Assembly: GCA_963809665.1 (NCBI GenBank)
Contig: CAWEKC010000003.1
Coordinates: forward strand, 25,277 to 89,276
Source: Candidatus Gottesmanbacteria bacterium
GTDB lineage: Bacteria > Patescibacteriota > Microgenomatia > UBA10105 > UBA927
Direction of reading: 5' to 3'
DNA length: 64,000 nucleotides
The notes beneath the pieces were generated by a model. The model worked only from the letters and a program-made list of their open reading frames with translations, did no database searches and was not told the origin of the DNA. Shown here one piece after another: positions 1 through 13,143 of the stretch. The translations under genes and the position numbers were made by a program. Positions within the stretch are counted from its first letter, which is position 1, and each line of letters begins with the position of its first letter.

Positions 1-16
1 TAAAATAATCGAGGCT

Positions 17-1963
17 ATGGCTGCCACATACACCGTCAAACAGGTCGCAGAAATACTAGGATATAGCACAAATAGTATTTATACCTTCCTCAAAGAAAAA
101 CGCATCAAAGGCGTCCGGGTAGGCAAAGGCAGATTCCGCATTCCGCAAAGCGAATTGAACCGGTTACTTCTTATTTCCAAGAGTCAGACAAGCATGGCGA
201 AAGAGCAGACAGGTATGGTTCCCATAACCGGGACTATTATATCGCCGGATATGGGAGGTATTCCGTTACACGAACAACACCACGTCTTTTCTCTTTCGGT
301 ATTCGGCACAACAAGGACGGTGACTGCGAGCATTTTCGATTGGTTTCTTGGTACTGGGGCGCTGGTTTCCGGCGTTGCCCTGTTCCTTTTCAACCAGACG
401 TTCGACGTTGTACACGTCCAATCGGTGGCGCCGATCATGCCGGCAGTTCGTATTCTCCTCATCGGCGGTGGCATCGGAATACTCCTGACGAATCTTACCT
501 ATACCGCCCACCAAACATGGCACAGAGTATTCCATGGGATCCTGGGTATTGCCGGTATCATCATGACGGTACTTTTAGTATTGACCAGGGATATAGATGC
601 GGTTGCTATCTATGGAACATTAACAGGTGTGATTATCCTTACTATGTTTGTCCGATTGGGGAAAGTTATCCCGTTTGCCCTCTATCTTACGCTCTTGGCG
701 GCAACCGCACCTATTGTCGCGTTTATAGCACCAACTGATTTTCATGTGCTGGCCTTAACCAACGCACTGAATACGACACCTGAAATCACTACCATTATAT
801 TATCGATCCTGTGTATTGTATTCATTCTTCTCCTTTGGGTAGGTCTGTACTGGAAGAAGGTGCTGTTCTGGTTAAGCACCTATGCTGCGGCAACGGCATA
901 TTTTGCATTGGCGTTTTGGTGTGCGTACGACCAATTCTGGTCCCGTGCGTTCTTTTTCATGATTATCGCACTCACATGTATGTATCTGCCGTCGTGGAAT
1001 GACCTTATCACGACCCGGAATAAAAAAGCGCACACAGTAGCCATCGGTGTTTTTTTAGCGATCATAATGGTAGCCCTTACGGGTGTCACGATTGTTCACG
1101 TGACCCAGCTTAATGTTATCGCGACTGTTGAGCGGGAAAATACTCAGAAGGTAGATTATGCCCGTGCGTCCATGGAAGGCGATCTTCGGAGTGTTAAATC
1201 CACAATATCGACAGCATCCATCAATCCGGATTTGGTGACCGCAACTGAGGAAAAAAACACGACATCGCTTATGGATTTGAGCCGCATCATGTTCGACAGC
1301 AGCAACAGTATTCAGAGGCTAGTCATATTGGACAAAGACGGTCAGGTGCTCTTTATGTATCCATTGGGTCAGTCTGGTGAGACGGATTTATCGTTCCGCG
1401 ATTACTTTATCCAGGCGAGGGACACCGGCAGGCTTTATGTGTCCGATATTTTTGAAACGCGCGTTGATAATACGCACCGGAAAGTCGTTACAATCGCTTC
1501 TCCGATTGTTGACGCGGACAAGCAGTTCGTCGGAGTCCTGGCCGCATCCCTTGATTTGGAAGCTATCAGCGCCCGCCTGCAAAAAATTGCAGTGGTTGAC
1601 CGCGGAGAATACATCATTGTACTTGATAGACATGGGAAACGGATCATACATCCCGTATCGTCTCTCCTCGGTACGGATACGGAACCCACTGACCCGACAC
1701 TGTTAGCGTTTCAGGGAAAAACAGGAGTGGGAGAAGGCGATACGTACGATGGAATTCATTCCCTGATTGCGTATACTCCCATCAGCTCTCTTCAATGGGC
1801 GATTGCACTTAAAGCTCCATATAACAATATTTATGCGCTTTCCAGTACGGCGAACATTGTCGTTGCAGGATTTATCATCGTCAGTATCATAATTGCCGCT
1901 ATCATATTCCAACTGGACTACATATATAAATATAAGCAGAATAATGACGGAGGTGGTCCATGA
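17..1963 (+). CDS. Membrane-bound regulator: N-terminal excisionase/HTH_17 DNA-binding domain, ~9 TM helices, extracytoplasmic dCache domain, final TM helix, no kinase or other output domain
   Basis: [39 protein letters not shown] fits HTH_17. There are ten hydrophobic segments. Cache motifs are [33 protein letters not shown] and [15 protein letters not shown]. Confidence 0.85.
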   Translation: MAATYTVKQVAEILGYSTNSIYTFLKEKRIKGVRVGKGRFRIPQSELNRLLLISKSQTSMAKEQTGMVPITGTIISPDMGGIPLHEQHHVFSLSVFGTTRTVTASIFDWFLGTGALVSGVALFLFNQTFDVVHVQSVAPIMPAVRILLIGGGIGILLTNLTYTAHQTWHRVFHGILGIAGIIMTVLLVLTRDIDAVAIYGTLTGVIILTMFVRLGKVIPFALYLTLLAATAPIVAFIAPTDFHVLALTNALNTTPEITTIILSILCIVFILLLWVGLYWKKVLFWLSTYAAATAYFALAFWCAYDQFWSRAFFFMIIALTCMYLPSWNDLITTRNKKAHTVAIGVFLAIIMVALTGVTIVHVTQLNVIATVERENTQKVDYARASMEGDLRSVKSTISTASINPDLVTATEEKNTTSLMDLSRIMFDSSNSIQRLVILDKDGQVLFMYPLGQSGETDLSFRDYFIQARDTGRLYVSDIFETRVDNTHRKVVTIASPIVDADKQFVGVLAASLDLEAISARLQKIAVVDRGEYIIVLDRHGKRIIHPVSSLLGTDTEPTDPTLLAFQGKTGVGEGDTYDGIHSLIAYTPISSLQWAIALKAPYNNIYALSSTANIVVAGFIIVSIIIAAIIFQLDYIYKYKQNNDGGGP

Positions 1964-4900
1964 TGTCCCGTGAAATCACGGGAGATCAGACGGTTCCGCC
2001 CTCGGGCGGTCTTGTCATTTTATTGGGACGCGTAAAATTAGCCTCAAAAACCGGAATTTACAAGTTTTTACAAGTATTCACCAAAAAAAACACCTGTTTG
2101 TACTACTTTTCCCAAACCCAGGGTGGCGGAATTTCGATCTTTGCACTTCTATTCATGACTATCCTACTCTTTCTGGGTATTACGGTTATGAAGAGCGGGA
2201 TCATTATTCCTCAACAATTAACGTCGCTTGATATCAATACCTCACAGCAAACCGGTATTGCACCGATACCGGCTCTCACAGCTGACGTGTTCTCTAAAAG
2301 CGATTTTTCCGGACCGTTTCTTGTAGTGGTTACACGGGCCGACGGGTCGTATTCCTATGCAATAGTGGATCAGGGAATACTTGTGGACGGTCATTTTGAG
2401 GGAGATGTACGTCTGCATTATCCGAACGGCGATTATGGTGTCATGGTGGAGCAACCCGATAAGTCCGTTCTGTTTATGACCAAGAAAGGCGGACGAGAAA
2501 CGGTGATCCTTACTTATCCGCTCATTGCAGCAATAAGATTGCCGGATGAGTCTATGGTGCCGGTAGAATTCCGTGATGCAACAATCCGCGACGGGGCATT
2601 GGTCGGCGATTTTCTTTTTTTTGAATACGCTGATAGAAAGCAAGTAACGGGCTACGTGACGCCGCGCGGGCAAAAATCGCAATTATCGGCGACACCGACA
2701 CTGACATCGCCTGATCCGGCCACATTACTGACACAGCGAGAAATACTGAAGCTCTATTTTGATATAGTCGGAAACGGTGATGTCAACATATTGGGTGTTA
2801 CAACAGAGAATAACGACACCAACGGATCGGTTAGTATTCAGCCGGGCGGTTTGGTATCAAGCGTCATTGTGGCAGAGCGCAATATCGATGAAGGCACCGT
2901 CCGACTCGTTTCGCCGCAGGGAGTCGCTGTAGGGGCCAACGTAAATATATCACAGCTTCTTCCCCAACTTACCGGTGTCGGAGGTTCATCTTTAACACAA
3001 TTAATCACGCAACTCATTAATCAGGGCGGGAATATTTCGGGAATCGGTGGTGCTGGCGCTACCGGACCGACAGGCCCCGCGGGATCAAGCGGTACAAACG
3101 GTGCGTCTATTACCGGTCCGACGGGGGCTACCGGTGCCGGTGCAACAGGTGCAACAGGAATTCAGGGTGATTCCGGAAGTCAGGGACCGGTCGGTGCAAC
3201 CGGAGAAGCAGGGTCCGGTGGCAGCGGCGGACCAACGGGTAGTACCGGAGCCACGGGCAACGCAGGAGCAAACGGTGATGCAGGCCCAACAGGATCAACG
3301 GGAGCAACTGGAAATGTAGGTTCAAATGGTATAAGCGGTCCAACGGGCGCCACAGGAATGTATGGCCCGACTGGTTCAACAGGAGGAACCGGTTCAGCGG
3401 GTGCAAATGGTCCTACAGGATCCACCGGAGCAACCGGATCAGCTGGTGCGGTTGGACCAACCGGTAGTACCGGGAATATGGGATCTGCAGGAGCATCTGG
3501 TCCAACCGGATCAACGGGCGCGACAGGGAATATCGGGGTTATTGGTGAAACAGGACCGACAGGAACAATAGGTCCTACCGGATTTGCCGGAGGAGCAGGT
3601 CCAACCGGAAGTACTGGTAATAACGGGCCAACAGGATCTACCGGACCAACCGGAAATGTAGGAGCTAATGGAGAAGTTGGTCCAACCGGAGCAATGGGTG
3701 TCACCGGAACTGCCGGAGGTGCGGGTCCTACAGGTCCAACCGGCATAGTCGGAGCCGTAGGAGCTAATGGTCCTACTGGTTCAACCGGAACCAATGGGAG
3801 TATCGGAGAACAAGGATCAACCGGCGCAACCGGAATTATCGGAACACAAGGTAGTTCCGGTCCTACCGGGTCTACAGGTGCAACTGGATTTAATGGTTCA
3901 TCCGGTCCCACAGGATCAACAGGAGCAACGGGAACACAAGGAGCTGTTGGGAGTTCCGGACCTACCGGTTCTACCGGAGCAGGTGGAGCACAAGGCAATT
4001 CTGGACCAACCGGAAGTACCGGAGCCACAGGAACACAGGGAGCTGTAGGTTCTTCCGGACCTACCGGATCAACGGGAGCTACGGGAACAGGCGGAACTCA
4101 AGGGTCATCCGGACCGACAGGTTCAACAGGTGCAACTGGAAGTGCAGGGGCCAATGGTCCCACGGGTTCAACAGGTGCAACTGGAATTGAAGGGGCCAAT
4201 GGTCCCACGGGTTCAACGGGGGCTACCGGAACGGGCGGAGCTAATGGTGCTTCCGGACCTACGGGACCTACTGGCGCAGGCGGAGCACAAGGATCCTCCG
4301 GACCGACAGGTGCTTCCGGTGCAACTGGAATAGGTGGACTACAAGGTTCATCCGGTCCCACAGGATCAACAGGAGCGACAGGAACACAAGGAGCTGTAGG
4401 TAGTTCCGGACCTACTGGGTCAACCGGTGCCACAGGTGGAGGTGGAGCTAACGGTCCTACGGGTTCATCAGGATCTACAGGTTCAACAGGAGCTAATGGT
4501 CCCACAGGTTCAACAGGAGCTACGGGTTCAGCAGGAGCAAACGGCCCTACGGGTTCATCCGGATCTACAGGTTCAACAGGAGCTAATGGTCCTACAGGTT
4601 CAACAGGAGCCACAGGAACGCAAGGAGCTGTAGGTAGTTCCGGACCTACGGGATCAACGGGAGCAGGAGGACTACAGGGAGAATCCGGTCCTACAGGCGC
4701 AACAGGAGCTACAGGAACACAGGGAGCTGTAGGTTCTTCCGGACCTACCGGATCAACGGGAGCAGGCGGAACCCAAGGTTCCTCCGGTCCTACGGGTTCA
4801 ACAGGGGCCACGGGAAATCAGGGATCTATAGGTTCTTTCGGACCCACCGGGAGTACCGGCGCCGAAGGATTACAAGGGTCCTCCGGTCCTACGGGTTCAA

Positions 4901-7900
4901 CAGGGGCCACGGGAAATCAGGGATCTGTAGGTTCTTCCGGACCCACCGGGAGTACCGGCGCCGAAGGATTACAAGGGTCCTCCGGTCCTACGGGATCAAC
5001 GGGAGCAACCGGAGGTGCAGGAGCCAATGGACCTACGGGTTCAACAGGAGTCACAGGAACACAAGGAGCTGTTGGTAGTTCCGGACCCACCGGTTCAACC
5101 GGATCTACGGGTTTAGTAGGAGCCAATGGACCAACGGGTTCAACAGGAGCAACAGGAACACAAGGAGCAAATGGAGCTTCCGGACCAACCGGTTCAACCG
5201 GAGCAGGCGGAACTCAGGGTTCCTCCGGACCTACAGGTTCAACCGGCGCAACCGGAGATGCTGGCGCCAATGGTCCCACAGGTTCAACCGGCGCAACCGG
5301 AGGTGCTGGCGCCAATGGTCCAACTGGTGCAACAGGATCTACGGGTCCAGCAGGAGCAAACGGTCCTACGGGTTCATCAGGTGCAACAGGAACACAAGGA
5401 GCTGTAGGGAGTTCCGGACCTACGGGATCAACGGGAGCAGGAGGACTACAGGGAGAATCCGGTCCAACAGGTGCAACCGGTGCCACCGGAACACAAGGAG
5501 CTGTAGGGAGTTCCGGTCCCACAGGTGCAACCGGAGCTGCAGGATTACAAGGTTCCTCCGGACCTACCGGGAGTACGGGTGCCACCGGAACACAAGGAGC
5601 TGTTGGTAGTTCCGGACCCACCGGGTCAACGGGTGCAACCGGAGGTGCTGGTGCCAATGGTCCCACAGGATCTACAGGATCTACAGGTGCAGGCGGAGCT
5701 AATGGCCCCACAGGATCTACAGGATCTACGGGTGCAGGCGGAGCTAATGGCCCCACCGGGTCAACGGGAGCTACAGGAACAGGCGGAGGTGCTGGACCTA
5801 CGGGTTCAACAGGAGTCACAGGAACACAAGGAGCTGTTGGTAGTTCCGGACCCACCGGGTCAACGGGAGCTACAGGAACAGGCGGCGCTAATGGTGCTTC
5901 CGGACCTACGGGATCTACTGGCGCAAATGGTCAAGAAGGCCCCACTGGAGCAACGGGTCCTACCGGTTCACAAGGTGGAGCTGCGGGTGCTTCCGGTCCC
6001 AGTGGTGCGACCGGTCCCACAGGAACTGCCGGAGCACAAGGTTCATCCGGACCCACCGGGAATACCGGCGCCGAAGGACTCCAAGGAGAATCCGGTCCCA
6101 CAGGTGCAACCGGAGCCACAGGAACGCAAGGATCCGTAGGTTCTTCCGGTCCCACAGGTGCAACAGGATCTGCAGGATTACAAGGATCATCCGGACCTAC
6201 CGGGTCTACAGGATCTACGGGTACGGGCGGAAGTGCTGGTCCTACTGGGAGTTCGGGCGCAACCGGAACCCAAGGATCCGTAGGTTCTTCCGGTCCCACA
6301 GGGTCAACGGGAGCAGGAGGACTACAGGGAGAATCCGGTCCTACGGGTGCAACAGGTGCAGGCGGAGCCAATGGTCCCACCGGTGCAACCGGAGCCACCG
6401 GAACCCAAGGAGCCGTTGGGAGTTCCGGTCCCACCGGGTCAACCGGCGCCGGAGGGTTGCAAGGTTCTTCAGGACCAACCGGGCAACAGGAGCAACCGGA
6501 ACCGGAGGCGCTAATGGTGCATCCGGTCCCACCGGGTCAACGGGATCTGCAGGATTACAAGGGTCATCTGGTCCGACTGGAAGTACCGGTGCAACCGGAG
6601 GTGCAGGAGCCAATGGTCCCACAGGGTCTACCGGTACAGGCGGCGCTAATGGTGCATCCGGACCAACGGGCGCAACAGGTGCAGGTGGAGCCAATGGTCC
6701 CACCGGTGCAACCGGAGCCACCGGAACCCAAGGAGCCGTTGGGAGTTCCGGTCCCACCGGGTCAACGGGATCTGCAGGATTACAAGGGTCATCTGGTCCG
6801 ACTGGAAGTACCGGTGCAACCGGAGGTGCAGGAGCCAATGGTCCCACAGGGTCAACCGGCGCCGGAGGGTTGCAAGGTTCTTCAGGACCAACCGGGTCAA
6901 CAGGAGCAACCGGAACCGGAGGCGCTGATGGGTGCATCCGGTCCCACCGGGTCAACGGGATCTGCAGGATTACAAGGGTCATCTGGTCCGACTGGAAGTA
7001 CCGGTGCAACCGGAGGTGCAGGAGCCAATGGTCCCACAGGGTCTACCGGTACAGGCGGCGCAATGGTGCATCCGGACCAACCGGGTGCAACCGGAGCCAC
7101 CGGAACCCAAGGAGCCGTTGGGAGTTCCGGTCCCACCGGGTCAACGGGATCTGCAGGATTACAAGGGTCATCTGGTCCGACTGGAAGTACCGGTGCAACC
7201 GGAGGTGCAGGAGCCAATGGTCCCACAGGGTCTACCGGCGCAGGTCAGGCGGCGCAATGGTTGCATCCGGACCAACGGGCGCAACAGGTGCAGGTGGAGC
7301 CAATGGTCCCACCGGTGCAACCGGAGCCACCGGAACCCAAGGAGCCGTTGGGAGTTCCGGTCCCACCGGGTCAACGGGATCTGCAGGATTACAAGGGTCA
7401 TCTGGTCCGACTGGAAGTACCGGTGCAACCGGAGGTGCAGGAGCCAATGGTCCCACAGGGTCAACCGGCGCCGGAGGGTTGCAAGGTTCTTCAGGACCAA
7501 CAGGCAGCACTGGAGCAACCGGAACCGAAGGAGCGTTGGGCAGTTCCGGTCCCACCGGGTCAACGGGATCTGCAGGATTACAAGGGTCATCTGGTCCGAC
7601 TGGAAGTACCGGTGCAACCGGAGGTGCAGGAGCGAATGGCCCCACAGGATCTACCGGTACAGGCGGCGCCAATGGTGCGTCTGGACCAACCGGGTCAACC
7701 GGAGCAACCGGAACCCAAGGAGCCGTTGGGAGTTCCGGTCCCACCGGGTCAACGGGATCTGCAGGATTACAAGGGTCATCTGGTCCGACTGGAAGTACCG
7801 GTGCAACCGGAGGTGCAGGAGCCAATGGTCCCACAGGGTCAACCGGCGCCGGAGGGTTGCAAGGTTCTTCAGGACCAACAGGCAGCACTGGAGCAACCGG

Positions 7901-10900
7901 AACCGGAGGCGCTAATGGTGCATCCGGTCCCACCGGGTCAACGGGATCTGCAGGATTACAAGGGTCATCCGGACCTACGGGAAGTACAGGCGCAACAGGT
8001 GCAGGAGCCAATGGTCCCACAGGGTCAACCGGCACGGAACAGGAGCAGTGGAGTCCAGGTCCCACAGGGTCAACGGGACTGCAGGATTACAAGGGTCATC
8101 TGGTCCGACTGGAAGTACCGGTGAACCAGGTGCAGGAGCCAATGGTCCCACCGGTGCAACCGGAGCCACCGGAACCCAAGGAGCCGTTGGGAGTTCCGGT
8201 CCCACCGGGTCAACGGGATCTGCAGGATTACAAGGGTCATCTGGTCCGACTGGAAGTACCGGTGCAACCGGAGGTGCAGGAGCCAATGGTCCCACAGGGT
8301 CAACCGGCGCAACAGGTGCAGGTGGAGCCAATGGTCCCACCGGTGCAACCGGAGCCACCGGAACCCAAGGAGCCGTTGGGAGTTCCGGTCCCACCGGGTC
8401 AACGGGATCTGCAGGATTACAAGGGTCATCTGGTCCGACTGGAAGTACCGGTGCAACCGGAGGTGCAGGAGCCAATGGTCCCACAGGGTCAACCGGCGCC
8501 GGAGGGTTGCAAGGTTCTTCAGGACCAACAGGCAGCACTGGAGCAACCGGAACCGGAGGCGCTAATGGTGCATCCGGTCCCACCGGGTCAACGGGATCTG
8601 CAGGATTACAAGGGTCATCTGGTCCGACTGGAAGTACCGGTGCAACCGGAGGTGCAGGAGCCAATGGTCCCACAGGGTCAACCGGCGCAACAGGTGCAGG
8701 TGGAGCCAATGGTCCCACAGGGTCAACCGGCGCAACAGGTGCAGGTGGAGCCAATGGTCCCACAGGATCTACCGGTACAGGCGGCGCTAATGGTGCATCC
8801 GGACCAACGGGCGCAACAGGTGCAGGTGGAGCCAATGGTCCCACCGGTGCAACCGGAGCCACCGGAACCCAAGGAGCCGTTGGGAGTTCCGGTCCCACCG
8901 GGTCAACGGGATCTGCAGGATTACAAGGGTCATCTGGTCCGACTGGAAGTACCGGTGCAACCGGAGGTGCAGGAGCCAATGGTCCCACAGGGTCTACCGG
9001 CGCCGGAGGGTTGCAAGGTTCTTCAGGACCAACCGGGTCAGCACAGGAGCAACCGGAACCGGAGGCGCTAATGGTGCATCCGGTCCCACCGGGTCAACGG
9101 GATCTGCAGGATTACAAGGGTCATCTGGTCCGACTGGAAGTACCGGTGCAACCGGAGGTGCAGGAGCCAATGGTCCCACAGGGTCAACCGGCGCAACAGG
9201 TGCAGGTGGAGCCAATGGTCCCATACAGGCGGCGCTAATGGTGCATCCGGACCAACGGGCGCAACAGGTGCAGGTGGAGCCAATGGTCCCACCGGTGCAA
9301 CCGGAGCCACCGGAACCCAAGGAGCCGTTGGGAGTTCCGGTCCCACCGGGTCAACGGGATCTGCAGGATTACAAGGGTCATCTGGTCCGACTGGAAGTAC
9401 CGGTGCAACCGGAGGTGCAGGAGCCAATGGTCCCACAGGGTCTACCGGCGCCGGAGGGTTGCAAGGTTCTTCAGGACCAACAGGCAGCACTGGAGCAACC
9501 GGAACCGGAGGCGCTAATGGTGCATCCGGTCCCACCGGGTCAACGGGATCTGCAGGATTACAAGGGTCATCTGGTCCGACTGGAAGTACCGGTGCAACCG
9601 GAGGTGCAGGAGCCAATGGTCCCACAGGGTCAACCGGCGCAACAGGTGCAGGTGGAGCCAATGGTCCCACAGGGTCAACCGGCGCAACAGGTGCAGGTGG
9701 AGCCAATGGTCCCACAGGATCTACCGGTACAGGCGGCGCTAATGGTGCATCCGGACCAACGGGCGCAACAGGTGCAGGTGGAGCCAATGGTCCCACCGGT
9801 GCAACCGGAGCCACCGGAACCCAAGGAGCCGTTGGGAGTTCCGGTCCCACCGGGTCAACGGGATCTGCAGGATTACAAGGGTCATCTGGTCCGACTGGAA
9901 GTACCGGTGCAACCGGAGGTGCAGGAGCCAATGGTCCCACAGGATCTACCGGTACAGGCGGCGCTAATGGTGCATCCGGACCAACGGGCGCAACAGGTGC
10001 AGGTGGAGCCAATGGTCCCACCGGTGCAACCGGAGCCACCGGAACCCAAGGAGCCGTTGGGAGTTCCGGTCCCACCGGGTCAACGGGATCTGCAGGATTA
10101 CAAGGGTCATCTGGTCCGACTGGAAGTACCGGTGCAACCGGAGGTGCAGGAGCCAATGGTCCCACAGGGTCAACCGGCGCCGGAGGGTTGCAAGGTTCTT
10201 CAGGACCAACAGGCAGCACTGGAGCAACCGGAACCGGAGGCGCTAATGGTGCATCCGGTCCCACCGGGTCAACGGGATCTGCAGGATTACAAGGGTCATC
10301 TGGTCCGACTGGAAGTACCGGTGCAACCGGAGGTGCAGGAGCCAATGGTCCCACAGGGTCAACCGGCGCAACAGGTGCAGGTGGAGCCAATGGTCCCACA
10401 GGGTCAACCGGCGCAACAGGTGCAGGTGGAGCCAATGGTCCCACAGGATCTACCGGTACAGGCGGCGCTAATGGTGCATCCGGACCAACGGGCGCAACAG
10501 GTGCAGGTGGAGCCAATGGTCCCACCGGTGCAACCGGAGCCACCGGAACCCAAGGAGCCGTTGGGAGTTCCGGTCCCACCGGGTCAACGGGATCTGCAGG
10601 ATTACAAGGGTCATCTGGTCCGACTGGAAGTACCGGTGCAACCGGAGGTGCAGGAGCCAATGGTCCCACAGGATCTACCGGTACAGGCGGCGCTAATGGT
10701 GCATCCGGACCAACGGGCGCAACAGGTGCAGGTGGAGCCAATGGTCCCACCGGTGCAACCGGAGCCACCGGAACCCAAGGAGCCGTTGGGAGTTCCGGTC
10801 CCACCGGGTCAACGGGATCTGCAGGATTACAAGGGTCATCTGGTCCGACTGGAAGTACCGGTGCAACCGGAGGTGCAGGAGCCAATGGTCCCACAGGGTC

Positions 10901-13142
10901 AACCGGCGCCGGAGGGTTGCAAGGTTCTTCAGGACCAACAGGCAGCACTGGAGCAACCGGAACCGGAGGCGCTAATGGTGCATCCGGTCCCACCGGGTCA
11001 ACGGGATCTGCAGGATTACAAGGGTCATCTGGTCCGACTGGAAGTACCGGTGCAACCGGAGGTGCAGGAGCCAATGGTCCCACAGGGTCAACCGGCGCAA
11101 CAGGTGCAGGTGGAGCCAATGGTCCCACCGGTGCAACCGGAGCCACCGGAACCCAAGGAGCCGTTGGGAGTTCCGGTCCCACCGGGTCAACGGGATCTGC
11201 AGGATTACAAGGGTCATCCGGACCTACGGGAAGTACAGGCGCAACAGGTGCAGGCGGAGCGAATGGCCCCACAGGATCTACCGGTACCGGCGGGGCCAAT
11301 GGTGCGTCTGGACCAACCGGTGCAACAGGAGCCACCGGAAGTGCAGGAGTTAATGGTCCCACAGGGTCAACCGGCGCCACCGGAGGTGCAGGAGCCAACG
11401 GTGCATCAGGTCCTACCGGCGCAACCGGGGCTACCGGGGAAGTAGGAAATGAAGGGCAAGTCGGACGAACCGGTCCTACAGGCTCAACGGGAGCCACGGG
11501 CAATGCTGGAGCAAATGGTCCAACAGGATCTACCGGCGCAACAGGAAATGCTGGAGGAAATGGTGTTGGTGGGCCTACGGGTTCAACCGGCGCAACCGGA
11601 ACTGGCGGAGGCGCCGGTGCCGGAGGTCCGACCGGGTCCACAGGCGCAACAGGTTCCGCCGGAGGCGGAGGAGCAAATGGTCCCACGGGTTCAACGGGTG
11701 CTACTGGTGGAGGTGGAGTAAACGGTCCCACTGGCCGAACAGGAGCCACCGGAGCCACGGGCAATGCTGGAGGCGCCGGTCCCACCGGGTCCACAGGCGC
11801 AACAGGTACTGCTGGCGGCGGAGGAGCCAATGGTCCTACCGGGTCAACAGGCGCAACAGGAAATGCTGGAGGAAATGGTGTTGGTGGTCCCACAGGATCA
11901 ACAGGTGCCACCGGAACTGGCGGAGGTGCCGGTGCCGGAGGCCCGACCGGGTCCACCGGCGCTACTGGTGGAGGCGGAGCAAACGGCCCCACCGGTCGAA
12001 CAGGAGCCACCGGAGCCACAGGGGTTGCAGGTGCGAATGGTCCCAGTGGATCAACCGGCGCAACCGGTGCAGCCGGAGCGATGGGCGCCGGAGGGACTGC
12101 ACTATTAACATCAGTTGCCAACCTTATTCAACCCTACCCGGCAAATGGTCTCAGTTTTGCTTTAGGGAATACCGGCGGCGGAGATCTTACCAATGCAGCC
12201 ACTTCTTCTGCGTACATCGTCTTTTTTGCCGCAAATCAACCCGGCGGTGGTGGATCAGCAGGGGATATTTATATGGGATCTACGTTGACGCTTGGTAATA
12301 ATACGACGGGTGGAACTATTACAACTAAAGATGCAGGAGAAGCGTTAACGATAGATACCAGTACGAACGGATCTATAAGTGTCAGTACGGGGACGACAGG
12401 AAAAACAATTTCAATCGGTACGAACGCATCTGCTGCAAATACAATTGCGATTGGTTCTTCCAATGCATCAGCAACACTTGCTCTTAATGGCGGCGACGAC
12501 TGGTCGGTTTCGACAGCAGGACTTGCGGTACTTGGTGTGACGGCAAACAGTTTTACTTTTAATCCCGGATCAGGTCCTGTGTATGCAGGGACTGCCCGGC
12601 CGACACGTAAAGTGACCCTTACACCCGAATATGCCGGTGCAGTGTTGACAGGGGCAGGGACAGGAACCATGACGTCTGATTTTTGTGAACAAGGGTATAG
12701 TGCCAACATCACGGATACTAATACGGGCGCGTGTGAATCCGGGCAAGTTCACAATTATTACACATGGACATCCGCATCCGGTTCAAATACGTATAGTATA
12801 TATGTACGGTGGAGGGTACCGGACAATTTCTCTGCTACCGGTTGGACATCAGCAGGGACAATTACCAATCCGATTACAGTTTGGGCCCGACGGTCTGATT
12901 CTACTGACGGAACGGTTACCGTAACCCTGTATGATACTGCCGGTACAGCCGAAAATACTACCAGCGGGACCCAAGTGGCGGGGTCCAACAGTACGTGGAC
13001 CCAGACGTCGCTTGAAGCAACACCATTTGAAGGAACGTATACCGCCGGTGGATATATCACCCTGAAGATTGATCTCCAAGTGACTGGTACAGATACAACC
13101 ATGGTAGGTGAGATAGATATTGATTATCTGTCAACAAATTAA
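1960..13142 (+). CDS. Giant collagen-like (Gly-X-Y) surface protein; one gene interrupted by multiple indels between ~6480 and ~9230; start uncertain (1960, 2155 or 2188)
   Basis: [10 protein letters not shown] triplets run from ~3050 to ~12090, switching frames across ORFs 1960..8124, 6870..9071, 8048..9238 and 9459..13142. It has an N-terminal hydrophobic anchor, a globular N-domain and a ~350-aa Thr/Gly-rich C-domain. Confidence 0.85.
2064..2117 (+). promoter_or_regulatory. Copy 1 of a 54-bp element also found at 17452-17505 (candidate operator or recombination site)
   Basis: GTTTTTACAAGTATTCACCAAAAA vs GTTTTTACAAGTATGTACCAAAAA match at 22/24. The ungapped match extends through GTTT(G/A)TACT and CAAAC. 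TTTACAAG recurs at a 10-bp period. Confidence 0.55.
6340..11250 (+). repeat. Near-identical nested tandem DNA repeats inside the collagen gene, including a 729-bp higher-order unit
   Basis: Blocks such as GGATCTGCAGGATTACAAGGGTCATCTGGTCCGACTGGAAGTACC recur verbatim. Identical shadow ORFs at 9964 and 10693 are offset by 729 bp. Confidence 0.9.
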
Positions 13143-13143
13143 T

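Noticed and set aside
6480-9230. Programmed frameshifting or phase variation in the collagen gene
   Set aside because: The indels are scattered single-base differences from neighbouring identical repeat copies, and similar slips hit mreB and the site-2 protease. Consensus error is the simpler explanation.
6340-11250. CRISPR array
   Set aside because: The repeats are coding and in triplet register, with no unique spacers and no cas genes.
3047-12121. Long PVGP/PVAP minus-strand ORFs and PVQPE/QDYKGHL plus-strand ORFs
   Set aside because: These are shadow frames of the GGN-NNN-ACN collagen repeat, which lacks stops in those frames. They have no independent starts or domains.
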